A stretch of DNA of 64,000 bases from positions 87 to 64,086 of the forward strand of contig JACQVS010000015.1 of the NCBI GenBank assembly GCA_016209605.1, given 5' to 3'. Origin of the DNA: Planctomycetota bacterium (GTDB taxonomy: Bacteria; Planctomycetota; UBA8108; JACQVS01). The notes beneath the pieces were generated by a model, which was not told the DNA's origin, did not search any database, and worked only from the letters and a program-made list of their open reading frames with translations. This document shows, piece after piece, positions 48,380-57,783 of this stretch. A program made the position numbers and the translations under genes. Numbering within the stretch: the first letter of the stretch is position 1; every line of letters begins with the position of its first letter.

Positions 48380-49407
48380 CGGACGAAGAGTTCCTTCAGG
48401 AACGGCTCCGCCTCCTCCAGGGAGCGGGCCGCCGCTTCGAAGCCGACCTCGAGGAGGCGGAGGTCGGCCGGCAAGGAGAGTTCCGGCGCCGGCTTGAGCC
48501 CCCGGCGCACCGGGATCTGCGCCGACCCCGAGGCGGCGAGGCGCTGCTCGGTCTCCGGCGAGATCAGAAAGTCTAGCAATTTTTTCGCCGCCTCGGGATT
48601 GGGCCCGCCCTTCACCAGGGCGGCGGTGTTGGGGATGAGGAAAGCCCCCAGCGGCCGGTCCAGGCCGGGGAAGCCCGGCCGCTGGTCCGGGAAGACCATG
48701 CGGATGGAATCGCCGCGGCGGATGCCCTCCACGGCGTCGTCGGTGTCGGTGAGGCCGAGGGCGGCCTCCCCGGAAGCCACCAAGTCGCGCACCATGGCGT
48801 TGCCGGAGACGATCTGGACGTCGTTCTCCACGAGGCGCTGGAAAAACTTCCGGGCGGCCTCGGGCCCCAGCCGGGCCCACAGCGCTCCGGCGTGGGCGGC
48901 GGTGGTGCCGAGGAGCGGCAGCGCCATGGCCGCCCGGCCGCGCCAGCGGGGATCGTGCAAGGCGGCGATCGAGTCCGGCGCCTCCCTCTCCTCCACCCGG
49001 CGGATGTTGTAGACCAGGACGCGGACGCGCGCCGCGAAACCGGTCCACAGCGCCCCCTGGCCGCGGCAGGAAGGCGGGAGGCCGTTTTGCTGCGGCGACT
49101 CGTGCGCCGCCAGGAGCCCCTTCTTCGCCAGCGCCACCGTGCGCAGCGCCTCGGAGTTCCAGAAGACGTCGGCGCGCGGCCGATCCCTCTCCTCCAGCAG
49201 GCGGTGGTACAGGCCGGTGGTCTTGTCGGCCTCGGTGTCGTAGCGGGCGAGGACCTTGATCCCGGTTTTCTCCTCGAACGCCTTCAAGACCGGCTGGGAG
49301 TAGTTCTGGTCGAGGGAGCAGTAGACCACCACCTCGGGAGGCCTCTGGCCTCGGGGGCCGCAGCCGGCCAGCCCGCCCATCAGAAAAACGGCAAACCTTG
49401 CTTTCAT
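48376..49407 (-). CDS. Fe(III)-type ABC substrate-binding lipoprotein
   Basis: Lipobox LAGC, FEEKTGIKV, PRADVFW, GLTDTDD. Confidence 0.88.
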   Translation of the reverse strand: MKARFAVFLMGGLAGCGPRGQRPPEVVVYCSLDQNYSQPVLKAFEEKTGIKVLARYDTEADKTTGLYHRLLEERDRPRADVFWNSEALRTVALAKKGLLAAHESPQQNGLPPSCRGQGALWTGFAARVRVLVYNIRRVEEREAPDSIAALHDPRWRGRAAMALPLLGTTAAHAGALWARLGPEAARKFFQRLVENDVQIVSGNAMVRDLVASGEAALGLTDTDDAVEGIRRGDSIRMVFPDQRPGFPGLDRPLGAFLIPNTAALVKGGPNPEAAKKLLDFLISPETEQRLAASGSAQIPVRRGLKPAPELSLPADLRLLEVGFEAAARSLEEAEPFLKELFVR

Positions 49408-49494
49408 AAAACTCCCGCCAGCCCCATTTTTTCAAAAAAATTGCTGTCCTGCACTCATTTTTTGCGTATAAATAGTCGTTCGATCCGTGATGCT

Positions 49495-51711
49495 ATGGTA
49501 AGCGAGCCACTCGAGACCCCCGGCCGTCCGCCCACGCGGCCCCTCAGCTATCGGACCATCAAGAAGATCTTTCCTTACCTGTGGAGGCGGCGGTGGCTGA
49601 TCCTCGTGACCTTCCTTCTCACCGCCTCCTACAGCGGCTTGATGGCCGTCCGCAACCTCCTCCCGGCCATCTGGACGGATGGAGTCCTCCTCCCGGAATC
49701 CTTGGATGCTGACTCGATCTTGAACCAGAAACTGGCTCCGGTCTTGAAATGGTTCGGCCTCGAGCGCGACGCCCCCGATGGGGCCTGGCAAAAAATCCCG
49801 CTGAAAGGGGAGTTCCTGGACCTCCAGCTGGCGCGCTACAAGGCCTGCAGAGAAACTTCCGGGAGCCCCTTTTCGAACTCCGTGCGTTCAAAGCTGGATT
49901 ACACTTTTGAGGATGGCGAGGCCCTGTTCGTGATGCTGGGGCCGTCCGCCTCCAGAGAGCCGGCCAGGATCCCTTATCCGAAAGTTCCCTTCACGGAACT
50001 GTCCGTCAAAGCGCCGCCGGAGGCCTTTTCGAAAGATTCGAGCGGCAGGATCGTCTCGGTGCGCTCGGGAAGGCTGTCCTTGACCTGCCATCCGGTCAGG
50101 GCCGATTGGGAAATCCTCAAGCTTCTGGTCATCTTCGGCCTCATCGTCTGCTTTCTCATCACCGCTTGCGATGTCGGGCAGAAATACCTCGAGCAGTTCG
50201 TCATCCAGAACATCCTCGCCGACCTGCGGCAGGAGCTGATCGGCCACATGACCACCTTGAGCATGGCCTTCTTCAACGAGCGCTCCCGCGGCGACCTCCT
50301 CTCCCGCGTCTCCAACGACCTCAACCAGGTGAGCGCCAGCCTGCAGCTTATCTTTGGCGATCTCATCCAGAAGTTGATGCTCTTTTTGGTTTCGGCCGGG
50401 GCGCTGCTTTATCTCGAGTGGCGGGCCGCCCTGGCGGTGCTGGCCTTTTATCCCTTCCTCTTCGGCTACATGCTCAAGTCGAGCCACCGCGTGCGGCGGC
50501 GAAGCCGCAAGCAGTCCACCAAGCGCGGGCTCATGACCGTTGCCGTCGAGCAGCTTTTCAGCGGCATCCGCACCGTGAAGAGCTTCAGCATGGAGGAGCT
50601 CGAACAAGAGCACTTCCAGGAGAAGAACAGGGATGTGGTCAAGCAGGCCCTGCGCACCACCCAGGCCCGCATTTTTTCGCTGGCCTCCATCGAGCTTTTT
50701 TCCAATCTGGCGCTGGTCGTCGCCCTCGGGGCCGGCGGCTACTTCATCATCCGCGGCCTCTTCGGACTTTCGATCGGCCTGCTCATCGCCTTCGTCACCA
50801 TGATTCAAACCATGTACCTGCCGGTGAAGACTCTCGCCAAGGCCATCGCCACCCTGCAGGAGTCGATGGGGTCGATGGAACGGGTGATGGAGCTTTTCGA
50901 GACCCGGCCGACGGTCGTCGAGGCGACGGAAGCCAGGCCGCTGCCGCCGTTCCAATCCTCGATCCGCTATGACCAGGTATGTTTCAGCTACGGCCGCGAG
51001 CAGGTGCTGAAGGACATCTCCTTCGAGATCCCCGCCGGCGCCATGGTGGCGATCGTCGGCCCGACCGGCGCCGGAAAGAGCACGGTGGTCGACCTGCTCC
51101 TGCGCTTTTACGACCCCACGGGGGGGAAGATTCTCATCGACGGCCATGACATCCGCTCCGTCACCATGGACAGCCTGATCTCGCAAGTCGCCATCGTCAG
51201 CCAGGACCCTTTCCTCTTCGACACCACCATCCGCAACAACATCCGCTACGGCCGGCCCGGCGCCGGCGAGGATGAGATCGTGGCCGCCGCCAAGGCGGCC
51301 AACATCCACGACTTCATCATGAGCCTGCCGCAGGGGTACGACACCCCCATCGGCGACCGCGGCGTCATGCTCTCCGGCGGCCAGCGCCAGCGCGTCACCA
51401 TAGCCCGCTCGCTCCTCAAGAACGCCCCCATCCTCATCCTCGACGAGGCCACCAGCAACCTCGACTCCGAGTCGGAGGCGGCGGTTCAAGACGCGCTGGA
51501 AAGGCTCATCAAGGTGCGCTCCACCATCGCCATCGCCCACCGCCTCTCCACCATCCAGCACGCCCGGAGCATCATCGTCATCGACCAGGGCGAGATCGCC
51601 GAGCAGGGGAGCTTCGAGGAGCTGATGGAGAAAAATGGGCTCTTCCGCCGCCTCTACCAGCGCCAGTTCAAGGACGGCAACGACGGAAAAGAAGGTAAGA
51701 ACGGCGAATAG
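49495..51711 (+). CDS. MsbA-like ABC exporter with a large extracytoplasmic insertion
   Basis: GDLLSRVSND, GPTGAGKST, LSGGQRQR, ILDEATSNLD, AHRLST. Confidence 0.9.
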   Translation: MVSEPLETPGRPPTRPLSYRTIKKIFPYLWRRRWLILVTFLLTASYSGLMAVRNLLPAIWTDGVLLPESLDADSILNQKLAPVLKWFGLERDAPDGAWQKIPLKGEFLDLQLARYKACRETSGSPFSNSVRSKLDYTFEDGEALFVMLGPSASREPARIPYPKVPFTELSVKAPPEAFSKDSSGRIVSVRSGRLSLTCHPVRADWEILKLLVIFGLIVCFLITACDVGQKYLEQFVIQNILADLRQELIGHMTTLSMAFFNERSRGDLLSRVSNDLNQVSASLQLIFGDLIQKLMLFLVSAGALLYLEWRAALAVLAFYPFLFGYMLKSSHRVRRRSRKQSTKRGLMTVAVEQLFSGIRTVKSFSMEELEQEHFQEKNRDVVKQALRTTQARIFSLASIELFSNLALVVALGAGGYFIIRGLFGLSIGLLIAFVTMIQTMYLPVKTLAKAIATLQESMGSMERVMELFETRPTVVEATEARPLPPFQSSIRYDQVCFSYGREQVLKDISFEIPAGAMVAIVGPTGAGKSTVVDLLLRFYDPTGGKILIDGHDIRSVTMDSLISQVAIVSQDPFLFDTTIRNNIRYGRPGAGEDEIVAAAKAANIHDFIMSLPQGYDTPIGDRGVMLSGGQRQRVTIARSLLKNAPILILDEATSNLDSESEAAVQDALERLIKVRSTIAIAHRLSTIQHARSIIVIDQGEIAEQGSFEELMEKNGLFRRLYQRQFKDGNDGKEGKNGE

Positions 51712-51809
51712 CCGGGTAAATTTTGAATCCCTTGCTCGCCCGGAACGCCAGGGATACAATGCTCTCAAGTTCGGAAAAGGTTGTGTGAACTTTTACGGAG
51801 GGCCATGCC

Positions 51810-52676
51810 ATGAGCTTCAAATCCACGATCCGCGCCGCGGGATCCATCCTCATCGCGGCCGTCATCCTCGGCGCCGCCGGTCCTTTGGAGGGGGCCGGTT
51901 TTCTGCGCGGCGATGCGGATGGCAAGCCGCCCATCAACATCACCGATGGGATCCACATCCTGAAATACCTCTTTCTCGGGCAGCCGCTCCCGTGCAAGGA
52001 CGCCGCCGATGTGAACGACAGCGGCGAGATCGGGATCGAGGACGCGATCCATCTCCTGCTCTACCTGTTCGTCGCCGGCCCGCCCCCGCTGCCGCCCTTT
52101 CCTGACGCTTGCGGAGCCGATCCATCGGAAGACGCCCTGGACTGCGAGAAGAGCCCCTTCAGCGGGGAGGCCGTCGTTTATCTCATCGACCGCTCCGGCA
52201 GCACCGCCGGTGGGGATCTCGACCTCGAGAAGCGGGAGGTGCTCCGGGATATCGAAAATTTCTCGAGCTGCGTCGAGTTCGGGATCATTTTCTACGATAC
52301 CAACCTGATGAAGTTTCCAGCGGGCGGAAAGCCGGTTCCGGCAAGCTCCGAGTTCAAGGCCGCGGCCAAGGCCTTCATCCAATCCGTGCAAGCCGGCCAC
52401 GGCACCTGTTTCAAATCAGCCCTTCTCTCCGCGCTGGACCTCGCCGATCTGGCGCGCGCGGAAAGGAAGCGGATCATTTTTTTTAGTGATGGCTACGCGG
52501 CCTGCCCGGGAACCGACTCGACGGCTTACTCGAACCAGACGCTCCAGGAGGTCAAGACCCGGAACCAGGGCAAGGTTCCCATCCACACGGTGGGCATCGG
52601 TTCTGACATCAATGAAAATTTCATGAAGGCTCTCGCCGCTCAGAATAACGGGACTTACAGAAAAATCGACCGTTGA
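51810..52676 (+). CDS. Exported dockerin-like plus vWA domain protein
   Basis: Signal peptide, FLRGDADG..NITD..CKDAADVNDSG; MIDAS DRSGS, T, FSDG. Confidence 0.85.
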   Translation: MSFKSTIRAAGSILIAAVILGAAGPLEGAGFLRGDADGKPPINITDGIHILKYLFLGQPLPCKDAADVNDSGEIGIEDAIHLLLYLFVAGPPPLPPFPDACGADPSEDALDCEKSPFSGEAVVYLIDRSGSTAGGDLDLEKREVLRDIENFSSCVEFGIIFYDTNLMKFPAGGKPVPASSEFKAAAKAFIQSVQAGHGTCFKSALLSALDLADLARAERKRIIFFSDGYAACPGTDSTAYSNQTLQEVKTRNQGKVPIHTVGIGSDINENFMKALAAQNNGTYRKIDR

Positions 52677-52744
52677 ACCCGTTTGATATAGACGATAACT
52701 CTCAGAAACTGGTTGCGAGCCGTCGGAGTGAACTTGATCTTCAC
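52655..52744 (-). pseudogene. Truncated RelE/ParE-type toxin (29-aa N-terminal remnant)
   Basis: GTG overlapping the antitoxin stop; MKIKFTPTARNQFLRVIVYIKR..., then runs into the convergent vWA gene and stops. Confidence 0.7.
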
Positions 52745-53019
52745 AATGCTTCTTCAAGCAGAGCATCCGCTTCCTTGAGGACCTGGTCCAGGTCGTGCCC
52801 TCTGCCGGCCTTGATTTCATTCTCCCCACGGGCCAGCAAACGCAGGAGCTGCCTCTCGGACTCGGCACGCTCATATTCTTCAACGCTTAACAGCGCGGCG
52901 GCCGCCCTCCCCCGCTGCGTGATGACGACGGGATCCTTGGAAACTCGGATCTTTTTAAGGACCGCAGCTGCATCTTGGCGCAGATCGGTCACTGGAATGA
53001 GTTCATGAATCTTTGCCAT
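52741..53019 (-). CDS. Phd/YefM-family antitoxin
   Basis: IPVTDLR, PVVITQRGRAAAALLSVEEYE; GGAGG Shine-Dalgarno. Confidence 0.9.
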   Translation of the reverse strand: MAKIHELIPVTDLRQDAAAVLKKIRVSKDPVVITQRGRAAAALLSVEEYERAESERQLLRLLARGENEIKAGRGHDLDQVLKEADALLEEAL

Positions 53020-53162
53020 TTCATTACCTCCAAAAGTACATTTAAACATAGCGCTAAAATATCGATTCATCCAATGGAATCAATGGATTGCGCCTTTTTA
53101 AACGGCCCGAGTCTCGACTTCAAGCAGAAGGTCCTCGAGCTCGCCCGCTGTCGCCAGGCGGC

Positions 53163-55271
53163 TCAATCCCGCTTCCGCTCGACCCGCAGCAAGCACAGGG
53201 TCCGAGCCGGCAGCTCGAAGGCGACGCGGCTGCGCGGCCCCTCGACGCGGTGAGATCGCCGGAAGAGCACCTCGCCGGTGGCGCTCGCGGTGAGGATGCA
53301 ATCGTAAGGGCCGTCCGCGAGCAGGTAAAGCTCGGCCCCCATCGGGCGCGGCGCGCTGCCGAAGTTGAAAAGCCGCGCTTCGAAGTCGTGGCGGCCGCCT
53401 CCGGCGACCAGCGCGGCAAGGTCGCGCGGCGGCGTGATCCAGCGCACGCGGTTCAACGGGAACACCAGCGGGCTGCCGGGGTCGCCCGTGGCGGTGAAGT
53501 AAAGGAGGTCGGGCGCCGGTGCGGGTGGCGCCGGCCGAGGCAGATACTGGAGATAGTTCCGGGAAAAGGAAAGCACCCGGTCGGTCCACCGCATCTCGCT
53601 CGTGTAGCCTTCCCAATTCGAGCGGAATGCCTCGGCGTTGCGCTCGAGCGCCCTGGCCAGGGCGCGCTCATCGCCGCAGAGTCGATACTGGATGTAGCCG
53701 GACGCCTCCCTGAGCAGTAGGCGGTCGTAAGCCGCGTCGCCCGTGAGGAAACGGTACTTGGCGAGGGTGTCTGGAAGGAAGCCGCCCATGTTCCGCGCGC
53801 ACCAGGCTTCCGAACCTGGCGCCGGCGGATGCGTCTCGTCCGGATTCCGGAGGCGAATCGCCGCCATCGAACGGATGGGCTCGAGGTAGCGCTCATCCTC
53901 CAGCATGTGGCTGGCCAGCAGAAGCGCCCCGGTCATGAGCCGCGCGGCACCGGGCCAGTTGTAGAGCGCGTCATTGTGGCCAGGCGAAAAGGGCTGCCAC
54001 CACGGCTCACGGGGCGCGCCGATGAAGCCATCTGGCCAGCGCACCGCCGAGGGCATGATGCCGGCGGGCTTGCCGTTGCCCGCGCGGGCGGTAGCGTCTA
54101 TCCATAGCTTCAGCCAGTCGCCGAACAGCCCGCCGAGGGCGCGGTCTCCGGTGCGCTGCCAGCAGAGCAGGGCCGGCTGCACGACCGCCGTGTGGTAAAC
54201 GGTGTCGTAGGCCCGTGGCGGGCTGGCGTCCAAGCGGTCCGCGCTGAAGTAGATCGATTTGAACTGGAGGAAGCCGCGCTCGTTGCGGCCGGTCCAGAGA
54301 CCGCGCATCAGCTCGGCCAGCCGCATGGCCCGCTGCTTCCAGAGCGGGTCATCCGGCTTGAGATGCAGCATCGGGAGGATGGTGTCGGTGGTGTCCTCGT
54401 TCGAGTGCTCGACGTCGGTCAGGCGCGAGGTGAATCCCAAACGCATGTGCGGCTGGAGGAAGATGCCGCTGGAGAGCCGTTCCTGGGCGGCGTTCACCTT
54501 GGGATCGTCGAAGGCCAACAGCACCGGCGCCCACCAGCGCCACATCTCGACGTCGTCGCCCCAGCCGCCGCCAAACTGTCCGTCCGGCAACTGCCGCTCG
54601 TCAATCCACCAGCAAATGATGTCCGTGAGCTTCTCGAGCCCTTCGCGCTGGAGGTTGGCCCACTCGGGGGCGGCGTCATCGCGCGCATACGGCTTTGGCC
54701 AGGGGATCGGCTCGCCGAGGTACATTCGGATGACGCGGTTTTCCGGAAACGCTCTGACCGCCATTTCGAGGAGCCGGCGGCCTTCGCCGTAATATTCCTC
54801 GCGCCTTTCCGGCACTCGGAGCAGCGGACCGCTTTGAATCACGCGCCAGATGAGCATCCGCCCGCGATACAGGCACCAGAACGGCTGGAGCGGCGAACCC
54901 GGCGACGGCTCCGGCGGGTGCACAGGACCGGCGCCCGCCGGCTTCACCTTGCTGGTGATGAAGCGGCACAGGTAGCCGTTCTCAGCGGCGCGGCTGTGGT
55001 CCACCGCCACCTTGGACTTGCCGTTGGCCCAGTCGTCCACGACGGGGAGCAGCTTGCCGAGGTCGGCGCGCAGCGTCGGGTCGAGGTCGGGCAGCGCCTC
55101 CAGTTGATGGAGCAGCCGGCTGCGTGCGGCCTCATCTTCCGCGCTGCCCGCCCGGTGAATGAGTTCGGCGATCTCGTTCGAGCCGGCCGGCACCGCGGGC
55201 GTCAACGCGAGCGCTCCGAAAAAAAGAATGCCGGTGAGGCGCGGCTGGGGGAACCGGTTCTTGGGCAGCAT
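53163..55271 (-). CDS. Exported hypothetical protein, probable (alpha/alpha)-barrel glycoside hydrolase/lyase-like fold
   Basis: Signal peptide; Trp-rich helices; QLPDGQFGGGWGDDVEMWRWW. Confidence 0.7.
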   Translation of the reverse strand: MLPKNRFPQPRLTGILFFGALALTPAVPAGSNEIAELIHRAGSAEDEAARSRLLHQLEALPDLDPTLRADLGKLLPVVDDWANGKSKVAVDHSRAAENGYLCRFITSKVKPAGAGPVHPPEPSPGSPLQPFWCLYRGRMLIWRVIQSGPLLRVPERREEYYGEGRRLLEMAVRAFPENRVIRMYLGEPIPWPKPYARDDAAPEWANLQREGLEKLTDIICWWIDERQLPDGQFGGGWGDDVEMWRWWAPVLLAFDDPKVNAAQERLSSGIFLQPHMRLGFTSRLTDVEHSNEDTTDTILPMLHLKPDDPLWKQRAMRLAELMRGLWTGRNERGFLQFKSIYFSADRLDASPPRAYDTVYHTAVVQPALLCWQRTGDRALGGLFGDWLKLWIDATARAGNGKPAGIMPSAVRWPDGFIGAPREPWWQPFSPGHNDALYNWPGAARLMTGALLLASHMLEDERYLEPIRSMAAIRLRNPDETHPPAPGSEAWCARNMGGFLPDTLAKYRFLTGDAAYDRLLLREASGYIQYRLCGDERALARALERNAEAFRSNWEGYTSEMRWTDRVLSFSRNYLQYLPRPAPPAPAPDLLYFTATGDPGSPLVFPLNRVRWITPPRDLAALVAGGGRHDFEARLFNFGSAPRPMGAELYLLADGPYDCILTASATGEVLFRRSHRVEGPRSRVAFELPARTLCLLRVERKRD

Positions 55272-55319
55272 GGAAGCATCCTAACACGGCGGCGAGACTT
55301 TTATAAGCGGCATCGCTGC

Positions 55320-55570
55320 GCCGAGTAGAGGAGGGCTCGGAGCCGTAATTGGCACCGAGCCTCCCCCCGCACCGACCTCACCTGGCGGATTTCCCGCAGC
55401 GAGTTCGTCAAGCATGACTCTCCTTGCCAGCCCAGGGTCTTATGATCCATGGGCGAAGTAACGGATTGCGCTGGAGTATCTTTATGACTGTACTTTTGCA
55501 TCGAGGTGTATCGTGAATTTGTTCTTCCGGCTTCGCACCGAAATGCGTAAAGCCCAGAAAATCATCGTCC
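55320..55570 (-). mobile_element. Group II intron 3' remnant (RT/maturase fragments plus domains V-VI)
   Basis: Minus strand encodes DFLGFTHF...LQRNPLLRPWIIRPW*, then DV-like GAACTCGCTGCGGGAAATCCGCCAGGTGAGGTC and DVI-like hairpin ending CTACTCGGC. Confidence 0.75.
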
Positions 55571-56077
55571 GCTGCGCACAGCGCGTACAAAGAGAGCGAC
55601 GCCCTTGTCGACGGCGTCGACATGGCCGTCGTAGAACTGGATGAACCAGGCGTGGCCGGTGATATCGGCCGATGACGAGGACGACCAGTACAGGTCGAGC
55701 ACCCCAAACACCGGATCGATCGCCGGATCGACGCGCCCATAATCGACGATGCTCTGTAACTCACGCACGTTCGGAAGTCGCCAGTCCGCATAACCGGCGA
55801 CATCGAGATTCTCGCAGTACTTCAAGGCATCCTGCCAGTCGAGGATGTCTTCCATGCCGATCGACCCGTTCCCGCTCACGTCCGCCGTGTCCTTCTGCCA
55901 CATAAGCCCCGTGCAGGTGTCCGTCACCGTGCTTTCTTCGTAGAGCACGAACCTGCCTTCTTCCGGGCAGCCCGCCTGATAGAAGCCGTCCTGGCCGGGG
56001 AAATCGGTACTCGCGCAGTCGATCTCGTTGCCGGCGGCGCTGTCATAGCACTTCGTCTGCCCGGTGGTGTCTGGCAA
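55562..56077 (-). pseudogene. 5'-truncated DUF1566 (Lcl, C-type-lectin-like) gene
   Basis: TGQTKCYD, VTDTCTGLMWQ, DWRLPNVREL, YWSSS, VRAVR; no signal peptide or SD; abuts an unrelated fragment. Confidence 0.75.
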
Positions 56078-56100
56078 GCCTCAGCCCGGATCATAGGCAG

Positions 56101-56289
56101 GTGATACTGCTCTCTAGAGTCGAGGGATTGAAGATTAAGGAGGTTGCCCGGCTAATGAATCGTTCTGAGAGCGCAGCGAAAAACCTGCTTTTCAGAGCCC
56201 TTCGTGAGCTGAAGTCGTCGTTCGGGGACACGGAGAGTCTCAATTTGCCGGATAGGAGACTAGGGGAGTCAAATGACATCCAACGTTGA
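56101..56289 (+). pseudogene. ECF sigma factor region-4 fragment
   Basis: VILLSRVEGLKIKEVARLMNRSESAAKNLLFRALRELK; region 2 missing. Confidence 0.75.
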
Positions 56290-56497
56290 CTATCCGGATT
56301 CAGATTTGCAGAAAGACTCTCGCAGATCCGATCAGGATCTGGAAGATCTCGTGGCTGGATACGTCGATCGTCTGGCGGGAGGCGAGAAGCTGGATCGAGA
56401 CCAGATTTTGGCTGAACAGCCGTATTTCGGTCAGGAAGGTCTCCGTCGACCACCGCACGGACATCTACTCAACCGGATTCACATCCTAACGTTATAA
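56273..56497 (+). pseudogene. N-terminal fragment of an ECF-associated Ser/Thr kinase-like protein
   Basis: GGGGAG SD, overlaps the sigma fragment; LVAGYVDRLAGGEKLDRDQILAEQP resembles planctomycete kinase N-termini; no kinase domain follows. Confidence 0.55.
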
Positions 56498-56520
56498 ATA
56501 ACAATAACTTATGTAATTCG

Positions 56521-56549
56521 TTGACAATAATAAATATCGAAAATATAAT
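56521..56549 (+). promoter_or_regulatory. Perfect sigma70 promoter with no sense gene downstream
   Basis: TTGACA-N17-TATAAT within an AT-rich island. Confidence 0.65.
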
Positions 56550-56682
56550 CACAGCAATAATAGAAATAAGTGTCAATATTATTTTTTGTTTACGCATAAT
56601 TTTAATAAAACAAGTTGCCAGGATTTTCTTGCTGCACCAAGTTTAACAACGAATGGGGAGGATGGCCAGAACGCCTCGAAGT

Positions 56683-57735
56683 TCATTTCCCGAAAATCCC
56701 CAGGCGGCGGTCGAGCCTCTCGATCCTCTCCAGCACCTCCTCTGGGGATATGCCGCGCATGCAGCGGTGGTCGATGGGGCAGGTCTTGAGATGGCAGGGA
56801 CCGCAGGGGACGTCGCGGCGCACCACCTCGGTCTCCTCGAGGTTGACCGCCGTGTAGCGCGGGTCGGTGGGGCCCATGACCACCACCACCGGGATGTGAA
56901 AGGCGACGGCGTAGTGGCGGGTGCCGGTGTCGGTGGTGACGAGGAGCTTCAAGTCGCGCACCAGCGGCTTCAGCACATCGAGCGGCACCGGATCGGCGGC
57001 CGTGGAGATGGGCCGCCTCTTCATGGCCGCCTCCAGCTCCCGCGCGATCGGCTCCTCCCCCGGCCCCACCAGGATCACCGTCCGGGCCCCGAACTTTTCC
57101 GCGATCCCGTCCCCCACTCGGGCGAAGCGGTCCGGCGGCCACATCTTGCTCGAGCCGAAAGCGGCCCCGGGATTCAAGCCGACCAGCGGCTCGCCGTCCT
57201 CGAGGCCGAGCTTCTTCCGGCGCTCCCGCCAGCGCTCCTCCTCGCCCGCGGTGATGCATAGCCGCGGGCGCCCGCCCCCCCCCTCGATCCCCAGGGGGCC
57301 GAGCAGCCGGCCGAAGCGCGCCGTCATGGGTTCCGGCGACTTGGCGCCACCGGGGCCGGGGTAGTCGACCGGATCGGTGAGCAGACCCCCCCGCAGGTTG
57401 CGGCGGTAGCCCACCCGCCGCGGGATGCGCGCCAACCAGGCCAGGACGGCGGCGCGGAGAGAGTCGGGGAAGAGGATGGCCAGGTCGAAGCGCTCCCGGC
57501 GCAGCATGGCGGCGGTCTTCCAGAGACCGGCGAGCGAACCGCGCGAGCTGTCGAAGAGGATATCGTCGAAGTAGTCGCCGCCGGCCACCACCTGATCGCG
57601 GCCGGGCTTGAGGAGGAGGGTGATCCGGCTCTTCGAGCATGCGCGGCGGAGGTCGCTCAAGGCCGCGGTCGCCATCACCAGGTCGCCCACCCAGTTCGGC
57701 GCGCGCACCAGAATCTTCTGCGGCTCTCCAGCCAT
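56683..57735 (-). CDS. waaF: ADP-heptose:LPS heptosyltransferase II
   Basis: ILVRAPNWVGDLVMA, LNPGAAFGSSKMWP, TDTGTRH, GPTDP. Confidence 0.92.
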   Translation of the reverse strand: MAGEPQKILVRAPNWVGDLVMATAALSDLRRACSKSRITLLLKPGRDQVVAGGDYFDDILFDSSRGSLAGLWKTAAMLRRERFDLAILFPDSLRAAVLAWLARIPRRVGYRRNLRGGLLTDPVDYPGPGGAKSPEPMTARFGRLLGPLGIEGGGGRPRLCITAGEEERWRERRKKLGLEDGEPLVGLNPGAAFGSSKMWPPDRFARVGDGIAEKFGARTVILVGPGEEPIARELEAAMKRRPISTAADPVPLDVLKPLVRDLKLLVTTDTGTRHYAVAFHIPVVVVMGPTDPRYTAVNLEETEVVRRDVPCGPCHLKTCPIDHRCMRGISPEEVLERIERLDRRLGIFGK

Positions 57736-57783
57736 GGCCAGTTCTTATCCCTCCCCTCGGCCGGCGCTCCCAGGCTCGAGCGC

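Noticed and set aside
46772-49435. 887-aa fused permease ORF (similar over-extensions at 35259-37670, 48892-51711, 60321-62225)
   Set aside because: Upstream parts overlap neighbouring genes in another frame or strand; internal ATGs give normal-sized proteins
55408-56077. Complete diversity-generating retroelement
   Set aside because: No intact RT, template repeat or avd gene in the window; the RT fragment is followed by intron DV/DVI
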